From positions 1-53,437 of the IMG/VR virus record IMGVR_UViG_3300037195_001613: a DNA stretch of 53,437 nt. One strand, given 5' to 3'. Positions 16,073 through 24,096 of this stretch are shown piece by piece. Every line of letters begins with the position of its first letter. The first letter of the stretch is position 1. The position numbers were made by a program, and so were the translations under genes. The notes under the pieces are model-generated. The model saw nothing but the letters and a program-made list of their open reading frames with translations, was not told the DNA's origin and searched no databases. Origin of the DNA: a virus (lineage: Duplodnaviria > Caudoviricetes).

Positions 16073-17700
16073 GGGGAGAAAAAATAAATATTCTGATAAA
16101 TCAGCAAAGTAGCTGGGTATAGTGAGGGGTGACATAAGTCGTTGCAAGGGCAGGACTTAACTTTAGTCACAGAGAATCGTTTAATTCGGCATTAATTCGG
16201 GGCGGGAAATATTGTCATAAGTGGTGTAATGGGAAGGGAATAGGGAAATGGGGTATTTAAAAGGCGAATTAAGGGTGGACTGTTGTGGTTACCAAAAGTA
16301 TATCGAGTTTTCTTGATACGCTTTTTTATGACGGAATTAGTACTTTTGGAAAACGTATAAGTCGTGAAAAGGGGCCATGTTAGGGGAAGGAATAGCGTAT
16401 TCGTGTTTGTCATAACTTTGAAAAACGCTTGTTTTTTTTTTTTTGACTAACGGAAACCACTTTTTGGCGTTTTGACAAAATAAAATATATTTTTTCGGGG
16501 AATCTACCAGATACGTTATATATGCTCAAAAATGGTGGGAGAAGGAAGGGAGATAGGGAGAAAAATGGGTGGGGAAGTCTGATATGGGTCTAAACGGGAC
16601 AGAATGGGGGGTAGAAGGGCCGGGAATGGGTTTTAGGTCCGTTGATACCCGTTTGAACAGAGACGGATTGTAGGTACCATAGCGCGGATTTTGGAGGGGT
16701 AAGGATTATGTTATCTGCTTTAGTCATTTTTATGATATCTGTTTATGAGAGATAAGTGGTTATTTTTAATGGAGTTATGGCAAGTTAGGTATACCAAACT
16801 GGAAAAGTGCACGGATGGCCAAAAACAGCCGTGCACCATAAGTCGTTATGAGGTAAGTAGATCCGGGATTAGTGCACGGATCGAAAAAGATCCGTGTATA
16901 GACTAAGTCGTTATCCGAACGGGGTTTATGACAAATCGCACGGATGTCGGGTTGCAAATTGATCATGATCCCGCACATATGCGTACACGTGTACGCGTAT
17001 GCGCGCGTTTAAAGAGTAATTAAATTCCCTACGCGTACGCGTGGGAACGGCCGGTTTAAATATAAAAAGAGGTAAATCAGCACAAAATTTGTCATAACTC
17101 ATGGTTACTTCTCCACTTCTGATTAACTTTTGAATTAAAATAGATCCGTGCAGTCTGGTATATCACTAAAAAAGGCTAAATCGGTCCGGGAATTCAGTCG
17201 GTTTCCAAAAGTTAATATACCAGTTTTCGCAGTAATAATTAGGCAAAATGCATAATAAGTCCGATTTAACTACAGCCCAAATCATAACAAGGTCCATAAC
17301 AAGATCATGAAATCATTTGGACTACTCAAAACCTTAAGTTGGACCGGTCCCAATATTAGGGCAAATGGCCGTTTTCCAAAAGTTAAAATCAGCATTAACT
17401 TTGGTTAAGTCCTTTTACAATATTGACTTATGGCGATATGTGAAGATTGTGTTAATTTGGAGTGCTCAAAAACATTAAAATGACCTGTTGGCATGCTATT
17501 TGCTGTATGCACGAAAAGGGCATTTAAATTCATCATACATATCTTGACTAATGGTCAAGTTATTAAATATTAACTTTTGGAAATCGATCTATTTTGAAAA
17601 ACTTTTTGAAAAAAAGAGGAAAAATTATGTTGTATCCTTTGTTTTGAAGGTTACTATTGACAGCAGAAAAGGCAAGAGACGGAAACCTACTACGAAAGGA
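16073..17700. other. 1.6 kb non-coding control region between divergent units (candidate origin, terminus or regulatory hub)
   Basis: No credible ORF; several families of repeated motifs and palindromes (see findings). Confidence 0.7.
17630..17657 (+). promoter_or_regulatory. possible rightward sigma70-like promoter
   Basis: TTGTAT-N16-TACTAT with A-tracts upstream, about 50 bp before ATG 17706. Confidence 0.4.
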
Positions 17701-17705
17701 AGATC

Positions 17706-17960
17706 ATGGACAAGGAAGAGATTATGACTGAGCAAGAGAAAGAGAGAATGAGAAGAGATCAAGAGAGATACGACGAGCTCCTGAGAGAGCAGGACAAGTT
17801 TACCCGGCTCAAAAAACTTGCTAACCGAGCAAAAGATAAGCGTAGGTTTCTTAAGGAAGAGACAAGGCTTTGTGAGGCGCGCCATGAAATCCTAAAGCAT
17901 TACGCTGTCTCGCGGGGCATCTTAAGTCTTAGGTTTGGATCAAATGGCTATTGTATTTAA
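17706..17960 (+). CDS. charged coiled-coil hypothetical protein
   Basis: GAAAGGAA RBS; 84 aa. Confidence 0.6.
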   Translation: MDKEEIMTEQEKERMRRDQERYDELLREQDKFTRLKKLANRAKDKRRFLKEETRLCEARHEILKHYAVSRGILSLRFGSNGYCI

Positions 17961-18201
17961 GAGAAAGGATTTAAGCATGATCAAAGGATATGACAATGGA
18001 CTGGTTATCTCGTCTCAAGAGGGCATGTATACCCAATTTCTTCCGCGTTCTTACCCAGCGTTACTTGGATTTTTTATTTTTTTTGGTGCATATGATTATG
18101 CAGACGCATATGAGATATCTAAACCAGATAGTGGACTTGACCCTAAAGACTGGTGCGGATACACTGTAACTCCACCTGTTATTCCTCAGACGATCGTATA
18201 G
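17935..18201 (+). CDS. hypothetical protein with TPPVIP motif and an 11-aa segment shared with the portal (start probably 17977)
   Basis: GAAAGGA RBS before MIKGYD; contains DAYEISKPDSG and WCGYTVTPPVIP. Confidence 0.55.
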   Translation: MDQMAIVFKRKDLSMIKGYDNGLVISSQEGMYTQFLPRSYPALLGFFIFFGAYDYADAYEISKPDSGLDPKDWCGYTVTPPVIPQTIV

Positions 18202-18256
18202 GACGTATTCAATTTCTCACTTCTATTTCATTCATAGATAGGAAAGGCTATATCAC

Positions 18257-18589
18257 ATGGCTAAGTCACAAGTACTTGATACGTCGATAGGCGGATTTGA
18301 CGCGAGCTCTTTGCCGACCGCCCGACGGGGTAAACGACTCGACGCTGGCTTGGTCGCGTTTATCGATCAGGTGCTCACGTATCCTGCAAATCGCTCAGAG
18401 GTGGTGCCGGATGGGTACGGGTATGGAAGCAGGGCAGACCTTGCCAAGGCTGTGGCAACCTGGAGAGCGCGCCTCCGTCGTGAGGAATGGGCCGGTAAGG
18501 TCGAGGTACACTATGTGCCGCATGGCAGCAAGGGCGAGCACGCCGGGATCGACCTTAGCGCGGGGTTGATCTACCTAACTAAGATCTAA
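18257..18589 (+). CDS. GC-rich hypothetical protein, possibly DNA-binding
   Basis: AGGAAAGG RBS; own terminator; GC far above background. Confidence 0.75.
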   Translation: MAKSQVLDTSIGGFDASSLPTARRGKRLDAGLVAFIDQVLTYPANRSEVVPDGYGYGSRADLAKAVATWRARLRREEWAGKVEVHYVPHGSKGEHAGIDLSAGLIYLTKI

Positions 18590-18609
18590 TCTCTAAGTGG
18601 TGGACGGGA

Positions 18610-18637
18610 GCCCCGATAACGTGTCGGGGCTTTTTTT
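18610..18637 (+). terminator. intrinsic terminator
   Basis: gccccga/tcggggc stem followed by T7. Confidence 0.9.
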
Positions 18638-18645
18638 GTGTCTAC

Positions 18646-18726
18646 TCCTGCCCTGTATCCTGCCCTGTATCCTGCCCTGTATCCTGCCCTGTATCCTGCC
18701 CTGTATCCTGCCCTGTATCCTGCCCT
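18646..18726 (+). repeat. 12-bp tandem repeat (TCCTGCCCTGTA) x6.75
   Basis: Six perfect copies plus 9 bp. Confidence 0.95.
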
Positions 18727-18825
18727 TAGCAATTACCATACCATGAGATTCGATCCGCTACGTGGGGCTTTTCGCGTCTCAGAAAGAGTCCTACCTCATA
18801 ACGCACGTTATCTTTTCTATCTGAA

Positions 18826-18972
18826 AAATTTACCCCAGGGTTTATTGAAAGTTCAGTTGCAGGATAGTTGCAGGATAGTTGCAGGATAGTTGCAGGATAG
18901 TTGCAGGATAGTTGCAGGATAGTTGCAGGATAGGAAATTTACCCCAGGGTTTATTGAAAGTTCAGTTGCAGG
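18826..18972 (+). repeat. 11-bp tandem repeat (AGTTGCAGGAT) x7 at 18855-18931, bracketed by a 38-bp direct repeat (18826-18863, 18935-18972)
   Basis: Seven perfect copies; aaatttaccccagggtttattgaaagttcagttgcagg occurs twice. Confidence 0.95.
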
Positions 18973-19006
18973 GAGATAAAAATTTACCAGGATCTATTTT
19001 TCCAAT

Positions 19007-19040
19007 AAAAAAGCGTCCCTAAGAGGAGATTAGGAACGCT
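19007..19040 (-). terminator. minus-strand terminator with no upstream CDS
   Basis: agcgttcctaa/ttagggacgct stem (one G-U pair) followed by a T run on the minus strand. Confidence 0.55.
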
Positions 19041-19258
19041 ATCGGGTATAAAAGAAGTGAAAGAGAGCTGAAAATAAGAGGGGCCTGACTATGACACGAC
19101 ACTTAGACTATCAGGGTGGTCTGGTTGCTGATTGTAAAAGTACGTCAGGCGCCCTTAAATAGGTCCCCGCCTGGGACCTCCTCACCGTCACCGTAATTAC
19201 TCTAAGATCTTGGTAATATCAAGGGGAATTTCTTGCCTGGTCCCGCTTTTCCGTTTAT

Positions 19259-20152
19259 ATGTATAGCATAATGGATCTGCAAACCTTACTGAATTCCAAA
19301 GTGTCGTCTCTGGTAAGTACGATACGTATGCCGGAAGAGGAGACCCCTCAACAAAACCTGATCCCCACAGGGATAGATGATCTTATTGGACATCACTCAA
19401 CCAATAATAGACTTTCCACAAGAAAAACAAAAGATATATTTAGAAAAGCATTTGCGGAGGATAGTATAACTCTTTCCGATCTATTTGCTTATCGTTGCAT
19501 GGTCGCATGGAGATTCAACAGATTTGTTCTAAATCATCAAAATAGAAATTCCCAAATAATATTTGAATTACCTCCGGAAGATTATTTTGATCCTCAAATA
19601 GAGGACTATGTACAGTATGCAGATAAGATCATACAACACCTTGCTATTATGCGAGGACCGAGATTAGACCCTAAGTCCGGTTGGTACGGGATCTTTGGTA
19701 TGGTAGATCCCCAAACTGCCCCTCTTATATATCCTACCCAAGATCAAGTAGCGGATTTAGAGGTATCTCTGGTAGAGTATTGCACTACCGAATTAGCTAG
19801 AGTATCTCAGGGGGAATTAAAAAAGCACCTACAGTACAAATATGGTCTCCATAGGTATGAACAATCTGTTCTTATTTCCTTTGCCATAGATAATGCCCTT
19901 TCCAGACTTGAAGTAGACGAGGATCAGGAAAAGGCCCTCATTCTATTGAATTTAGAAGATATCGCCAATCGTGCAAGGAAGTTAAACGATGTGCGAGCTG
20001 AATTAGCAGTCCAAAAAACCAAAGCACAAATTACAGGTCTTACCCGAGCACCTAAACAAAAAACAGAACTGGAAGACATAGAAGAGACTATAAGACTGGT
20101 ATCTAAGAATCCTAAACAGATAATCCCTCCTTCTGCAGCAAAGGAATCATAA
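19259..20152 (+). CDS. possible terminase small subunit (large, helical)
   Basis: First gene of the packaging unit, upstream of HNH and TerL; C-terminal helical segment (...AQITGL) resembles TerS oligomerisation helices. Positional inference. Confidence 0.4.
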   Translation: MYSIMDLQTLLNSKVSSLVSTIRMPEEETPQQNLIPTGIDDLIGHHSTNNRLSTRKTKDIFRKAFAEDSITLSDLFAYRCMVAWRFNRFVLNHQNRNSQIIFELPPEDYFDPQIEDYVQYADKIIQHLAIMRGPRLDPKSGWYGIFGMVDPQTAPLIYPTQDQVADLEVSLVEYCTTELARVSQGELKKHLQYKYGLHRYEQSVLISFAIDNALSRLEVDEDQEKALILLNLEDIANRARKLNDVRAELAVQKTKAQITGLTRAPKQKTELEDIEETIRLVSKNPKQIIPPSAAKES

Positions 20153-20251
20153 TGTGGTTACTGAATGCTATAGAAATATTCTTAGTAGGATTGGGGTGTG
20201 TAAGTCTCTCTGCAGGAGTGGTCATATGGGCATCTCTTATAACAAGCAGTC

Positions 20252-20506
20252 ATGGCGAAAAGAAAAAGAAAATCTCGAAGATCCCCCGGATACGTTAAAT
20301 ATATCAAATCCCAAGCATGGACAGACTTTAGACAGAGTATAATACTCACTAGAGGATATAGATGTGAGAAATGTGGTACTTCAGACCCCCCTATACAACT
20401 ACACCATCTTCATTACCGAACACTATACCATGAATCACCTCGTGATGTGATGTTGGTATGTAAGCCTTGTCATAAGGAAGCACATAGATGCCTGAGTTTC
20501 AAGTAA
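20252..20506 (+). CDS. HNH endonuclease
   Basis: CEKCG...LHHLHY...VCKPCHKEAH. Confidence 0.9.
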   Translation: MAKRKRKSRRSPGYVKYIKSQAWTDFRQSIILTRGYRCEKCGTSDPPIQLHHLHYRTLYHESPRDVMLVCKPCHKEAHRCLSFK

Positions 20507-21222
20507 ATGCTCGGTCTTTGATACAGAATCCTCTATCAGATCCTGATTCTATTACTGTAGAGACTTCTCCGGATTGGTGGAATTCAGGCAGTGATGCTAA
20601 GGTGCATCACAAAGACGATGCTTTTTTGCGTATAGATGTACCTAATTCGGGTACTTCAAGAGTAGAAATAGTAGCTAACTGGTCACAGAATCAAAATACT
20701 AGAGATCCTAGGGCTATATATCAGATACACGGACTACATAATGGTCTACGTGTAATTATGTTCGAGACTGAAATAGACCAAAGAGCAGCATCCCAGGCCA
20801 GATTTGGTCCAGTTAACCTCAAAGGCCCTTTCTCTATTACTTTAAAGCCCTCATTTACACTAAATACTGATACTAATAAGAGATACCTGGCTGAGGCAAA
20901 GGACTTTACTTTTAACCTTACTCCCCTTGTAGTACCTGATCCTGATCCAGATCCAGATCCTACACCTGATCCAGATCCTACACCTGATCCTACACCTGAT
21001 CCAGATCCTACATTTGATATTCTTGCAGAATTGGAAAGATTAAATGCAAAAATAGCTAATTTAGAATTTCATATAGGGACCATATATGCCAAAATAGAGA
21101 ACTATGATGATTTGATTCATATGCGACAGGAGCTTATTGATTTAGGGAAAGAGCTTGAAGCAACACAAGACAATGCTGCAGGAGTTGTTATCGTCCCAGA
21201 CCCAGACCCTAATATCCCCTGA
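20488..21222 (+). CDS. hypothetical protein: beta-rich domain, Pro-Asp linker, coiled coil
   Basis: PD/PT repeat at about 20935-21011; heptad-like C-terminus. Confidence 0.7.
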   Translation: MPEFQVNARSLIQNPLSDPDSITVETSPDWWNSGSDAKVHHKDDAFLRIDVPNSGTSRVEIVANWSQNQNTRDPRAIYQIHGLHNGLRVIMFETEIDQRAASQARFGPVNLKGPFSITLKPSFTLNTDTNKRYLAEAKDFTFNLTPLVVPDPDPDPDPTPDPDPTPDPTPDPDPTFDILAELERLNAKIANLEFHIGTIYAKIENYDDLIHMRQELIDLGKELEATQDNAAGVVIVPDPDPNIP

Positions 21223-21303
21223 AATAAGGAAGAAGATAAAAACTTCTTGTAAGTACATAGAAGATTTACCTTACTCCTTACAAGTTTTCGTAAAAAGATT
21301 TCT

Positions 21304-22848
21304 ATGGACACCCAAGCCCCAGATATTAATACATTCTCCGGACACCTTAAGAAGGCAAGAGATAGAAAGAAATCTGGGTTCGCTGGTACCTCTACGAGAT
21401 CATCGCCGTATAGTAAAAGTTTTGAAACTCTCTTCAGGAGTGTCAGCAAGGATATATTCCAGTTCTGTAGAGCAATAAACTTCCAGCCTTCAGAGCAACA
21501 AAGTAAACTATTACGTCTGGTAGAAGACGCAACGTATGGTAATGGGCTGAGGAAAATAGCTGTTAAGTCTGGCCAAGGTCCAGGTAAAACTGCAGTTACT
21601 ACAGTAGCAGCGTTATGGAGAAGCCTGAGAGTACATAATGCACTTACTGTGGTAACTGCCCCTACTATGCGTCAGTGCAAAGAAGTATGGTTATCAGAGG
21701 TTAGGCGTACACTTCAAGCGGCACCTGCCATATTCAGACAATTTATAGAAGTAACTAAATCTAAGGTAGTTATTTGCAATAAGCCTAAATGGGGAGTAGA
21801 TCTAGTTACAGCTACTAGACCTGAAAATGCTCAAGGGATACATGAAGACAACTTGACTATTATATGTGAAGAAGCTTCAGGTATTCCATCTGAGATTGTG
21901 GAGACTTTTGAGGGGACTATTACCAATCCTAATTCATTACTTTTAATGATCGGTAACCCTAATACTACTAAATGTCCTTTTTATGATTGTTTTACACGAT
22001 TCCGTCATCTGTGGGCTACTCTTACATTCAATGCTGAAGATTCTCCTTTCGTTAGCAAAGACAATATAGAGTACTTAGCAGAGAAATATGGAAGGAATTC
22101 GGATGTCTTCAGGGTCAGAGTATTGGGTGAATTCCCTCATTCAGATCCTACTTCAATTATATCTGTTAATGATCTGGAAAAGTGTGTAGATCTTGTTAAT
22201 TCCCTACCTACTCTTCTTTCAGTCCTTAGAAAAGGATATACAGACCATGAAAAGCCTTTTGCAAAGGTTCAACAGTATGGTATAGACTTCGCTCGATACG
22301 GATCGGATGAGTCAGTTATCTATCAAAGAGAAGGAAATGTGATAACAGACTTTGAATTTTATGCCCATACAGATCCTAATGATGTAGTAGACCGATCCTT
22401 TTATCTTCAACACAATCAAGGTTGGAAAGACGAAGATACTTGGTTTGTAGGAGATGCCGGGGGTATGGGTCAGGGGGTTATGGGGAATTTCCATAGGGCA
22501 GGAAAGAATATACATGAATTTAATAATAATGGAACTGCTGCTAACAAAAAAGAATACGAGAATAGGATAACCGAAGCTTGGTTTGAATTCGGAGAATTAG
22601 TAAAAGATCAAAAATGTTCTATTCCTAATGATAACATACTTATTCATCAATTGTCCCAAAGAGAATATGATGTAGCTAAAGATGGTAAATTGAGAGCAGA
22701 ACCTAAAGAGGCCTATATGAAAAGGGGGAACCCATCTCCAGATAGAGCGGATGCTATGGTAATGGCTTTTTATGATGATATGATAGCTCCTATTAAAATG
22801 ACAGGTAGGCCGGCAAGGAAAAGAGTGGGGATCCAACGAAGTGCCTAA
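21304..22848 (+). CDS. terL: terminase large subunit
   Basis: SGQGPGKT Walker A, ICEEAS Walker B, IGNP, nuclease GIDFARYGSD and SPDRADA. Confidence 0.95.
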   Translation: MDTQAPDINTFSGHLKKARDRKKSGFAGTSTRSSPYSKSFETLFRSVSKDIFQFCRAINFQPSEQQSKLLRLVEDATYGNGLRKIAVKSGQGPGKTAVTTVAALWRSLRVHNALTVVTAPTMRQCKEVWLSEVRRTLQAAPAIFRQFIEVTKSKVVICNKPKWGVDLVTATRPENAQGIHEDNLTIICEEASGIPSEIVETFEGTITNPNSLLLMIGNPNTTKCPFYDCFTRFRHLWATLTFNAEDSPFVSKDNIEYLAEKYGRNSDVFRVRVLGEFPHSDPTSIISVNDLEKCVDLVNSLPTLLSVLRKGYTDHEKPFAKVQQYGIDFARYGSDESVIYQREGNVITDFEFYAHTDPNDVVDRSFYLQHNQGWKDEDTWFVGDAGGMGQGVMGNFHRAGKNIHEFNNNGTAANKKEYENRITEAWFEFGELVKDQKCSIPNDNILIHQLSQREYDVAKDGKLRAEPKEAYMKRGNPSPDRADAMVMAFYDDMIAPIKMTGRPARKRVGIQRSA

Positions 22849-23068
22849 GGTAAGAAAGGGGCTAAGATGTCCATGTGGAGGAAAGATACATATAACCAAT
22901 ACGTATATTGTGTGTGAATCCATACAAACAAAGAAAGCTCAGTGCTTAGAATGTAAGAGATTGTTTACGATAAAGACAGAAATAGTCCGAATTGTAACTA
23001 AAAGAGGTGACGGAGCTGCGGCAGAGGCAACAAGGTTAAGAAGGAAGTATTATGGAATCAACGATTGA
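22841..23068 (+). CDS. Ogr/Delta-like zinc-finger transcription activator
   Basis: CPCGG-x18-CLECKRLF...EIVRIV spacing resembles P2 Ogr. Confidence 0.55.
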   Translation: MPKVRKGLRCPCGGKIHITNTYIVCESIQTKKAQCLECKRLFTIKTEIVRIVTKRGDGAAAEATRLRRKYYGIND

Positions 23069-23189
23069 AAAATATCTTGATGGTACGGGAGTAACTGAAG
23101 AAGAACTTGATAATGCTATAGGAAAATTAGATTATGAGGATATTAGAGAATTATTGAAACGGTTGAAGGATTTTATTAGTAATCAGTAA
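23052..23189 (+). CDS. small acidic protein (45 aa, not in ORF track)
   Basis: AAGGA RBS; MESTIEKYLDGTGVTEEELDNAIGKLDYEDIRELLKRLKDFISNQ. Confidence 0.55.
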   Translation: MESTIEKYLDGTGVTEEELDNAIGKLDYEDIRELLKRLKDFISNQ

Positions 23190-23203
23190 AAAGGAATTAA
23201 AAA

Positions 23204-23368
23204 ATGGAATCAATGGCAGATAGAGTAGCTGAATTAATGGAAAGGCACTATTCGGGAGAAGACTTGACCAAACTGGAATGGAAATTTATAATGGATCATA
23301 TAACGGAATATCAAATTATGGCTCTAGTAAAAGAGGTAAGGAAGCTTAGAGATGCCCAATCAATATAG
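23204..23368 (+). CDS. small protein (54 aa, not in ORF track)
   Basis: AAGGA RBS; MESMADRVAELMERH...LVKEVRKLRDAQSI. Confidence 0.55.
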   Translation: MESMADRVAELMERHYSGEDLTKLEWKFIMDHITEYQIMALVKEVRKLRDAQSI

Positions 23369-23762
23369 TGAAGATTTTTATAGGAAGCGAGACGCTTTAA
23401 AATTCTCCAAACTTACTGAATTTGAAAAAAATAAAATATGTAATGGGTGTGGAGGTAAGGGAGGGTGGATAAAAGCACCCTCTTGGATATTTGCTACAGC
23501 CTCATGTGACCATCATGATTTTAATTATTGGATGGGTTACGAGGAACCACATAGAGTGAAAGCAGATCTGGCCTTCTATCTGGCTATGAAGAAGGATATT
23601 AGAAATCTTCCTTGGTGGAGAAAGCCTCTTGCATATGTGTGCGCTATGAGTTTTTATAGAGCCGTCAGAATCGCGGGCTCCAAATTCTTTAATTACTCAG
23701 ATAGGAAAAAAACATGGAAGGACATTTATCTGACGATGCAGAAAATAGATACAGCACCATAG
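23352..23762 (+). CDS. phospholipase A2-like / DUF1353-like protein
   Basis: CNGCG...CDHHDFNY...ADLAFY...FYRAVR pattern with a His-Asp dyad. Confidence 0.55.
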   Translation: MPNQYSEDFYRKRDALKFSKLTEFEKNKICNGCGGKGGWIKAPSWIFATASCDHHDFNYWMGYEEPHRVKADLAFYLAMKKDIRNLPWWRKPLAYVCAMSFYRAVRIAGSKFFNYSDRKKTWKDIYLTMQKIDTAP

Positions 23763-23995
23763 AAGTAGTTATAGGAGATAGACATACTACGGGTAGATAC
23801 ACTATAGTGGTGCAGGATGGTGAGGTAGAAAAATTCTTAGGGTACTATAAAAAAGACAGATCAAATAGGCTAGAGTTCTTATCTAAGTCGATATTATGGC
23901 ATATACAACGTGTGATACATGATGTTAATAATCTATCGGGAGAAGATTTAATTTCAGAAGAATGTCAAGGATTGTATGATTCAGAGTTGACGTAA
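23714..23995 (+). CDS. hypothetical protein
   Basis: AGGA RBS; operon orientation. Confidence 0.5.
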   Translation: MEGHLSDDAENRYSTIEVVIGDRHTTGRYTIVVQDGEVEKFLGYYKKDRSNRLEFLSKSILWHIQRVIHDVNNLSGEDLISEECQGLYDSELT

Positions 23996-24001
23996 CTATA
24001 T

Positions 24002-24073
24002 GGCCCTGTAGTTCAACGGTTAGAACAGGACTCTTATAAGGTCACAACGATGGTTCGACTCCATCCAGGGCTA
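24002..24073 (+). tRNA. trnI: tRNA-Ile, anticodon UAU
   Basis: Cloverleaf: acceptor GGCCCTG/CAGGGCT, D stem GTTC/GAAC, anticodon loop CT-TAT-AA, T arm GATGG-TTCGACT-CCATC, discriminator A, CCA not encoded. Confidence 0.9.
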
Positions 24074-24096
24074 TTTTTTAACAAGAAAGGCGAAAA

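Noticed and set aside
16535-16630. G-run cluster as a G-quadruplex
   Set aside because: Loops are long and irregular; general purine skew is a sufficient explanation.
16192-16978. ORFs 16192-16413 and 16775-16978
   Set aside because: No RBS, composition follows strand skew, and they overlap DNA motif arrays.
18102-18135. Diversity-generating retroelement template/variable repeat pair with the portal
   Set aside because: Too short, no adenine-specific mismatches, and no reverse transcriptase recognised.
18638-18889. ORF encoding (PALY)n
   Set aside because: Product of the 12-bp DNA repeat; starts at the terminator T-tract with no RBS.
24002-24073. Suppressor tRNA (reading TTA) implying stop-codon recoding
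   Set aside because: The 7-nt loop centres on TAT, and genes are intact under the standard code with all three stops in use.
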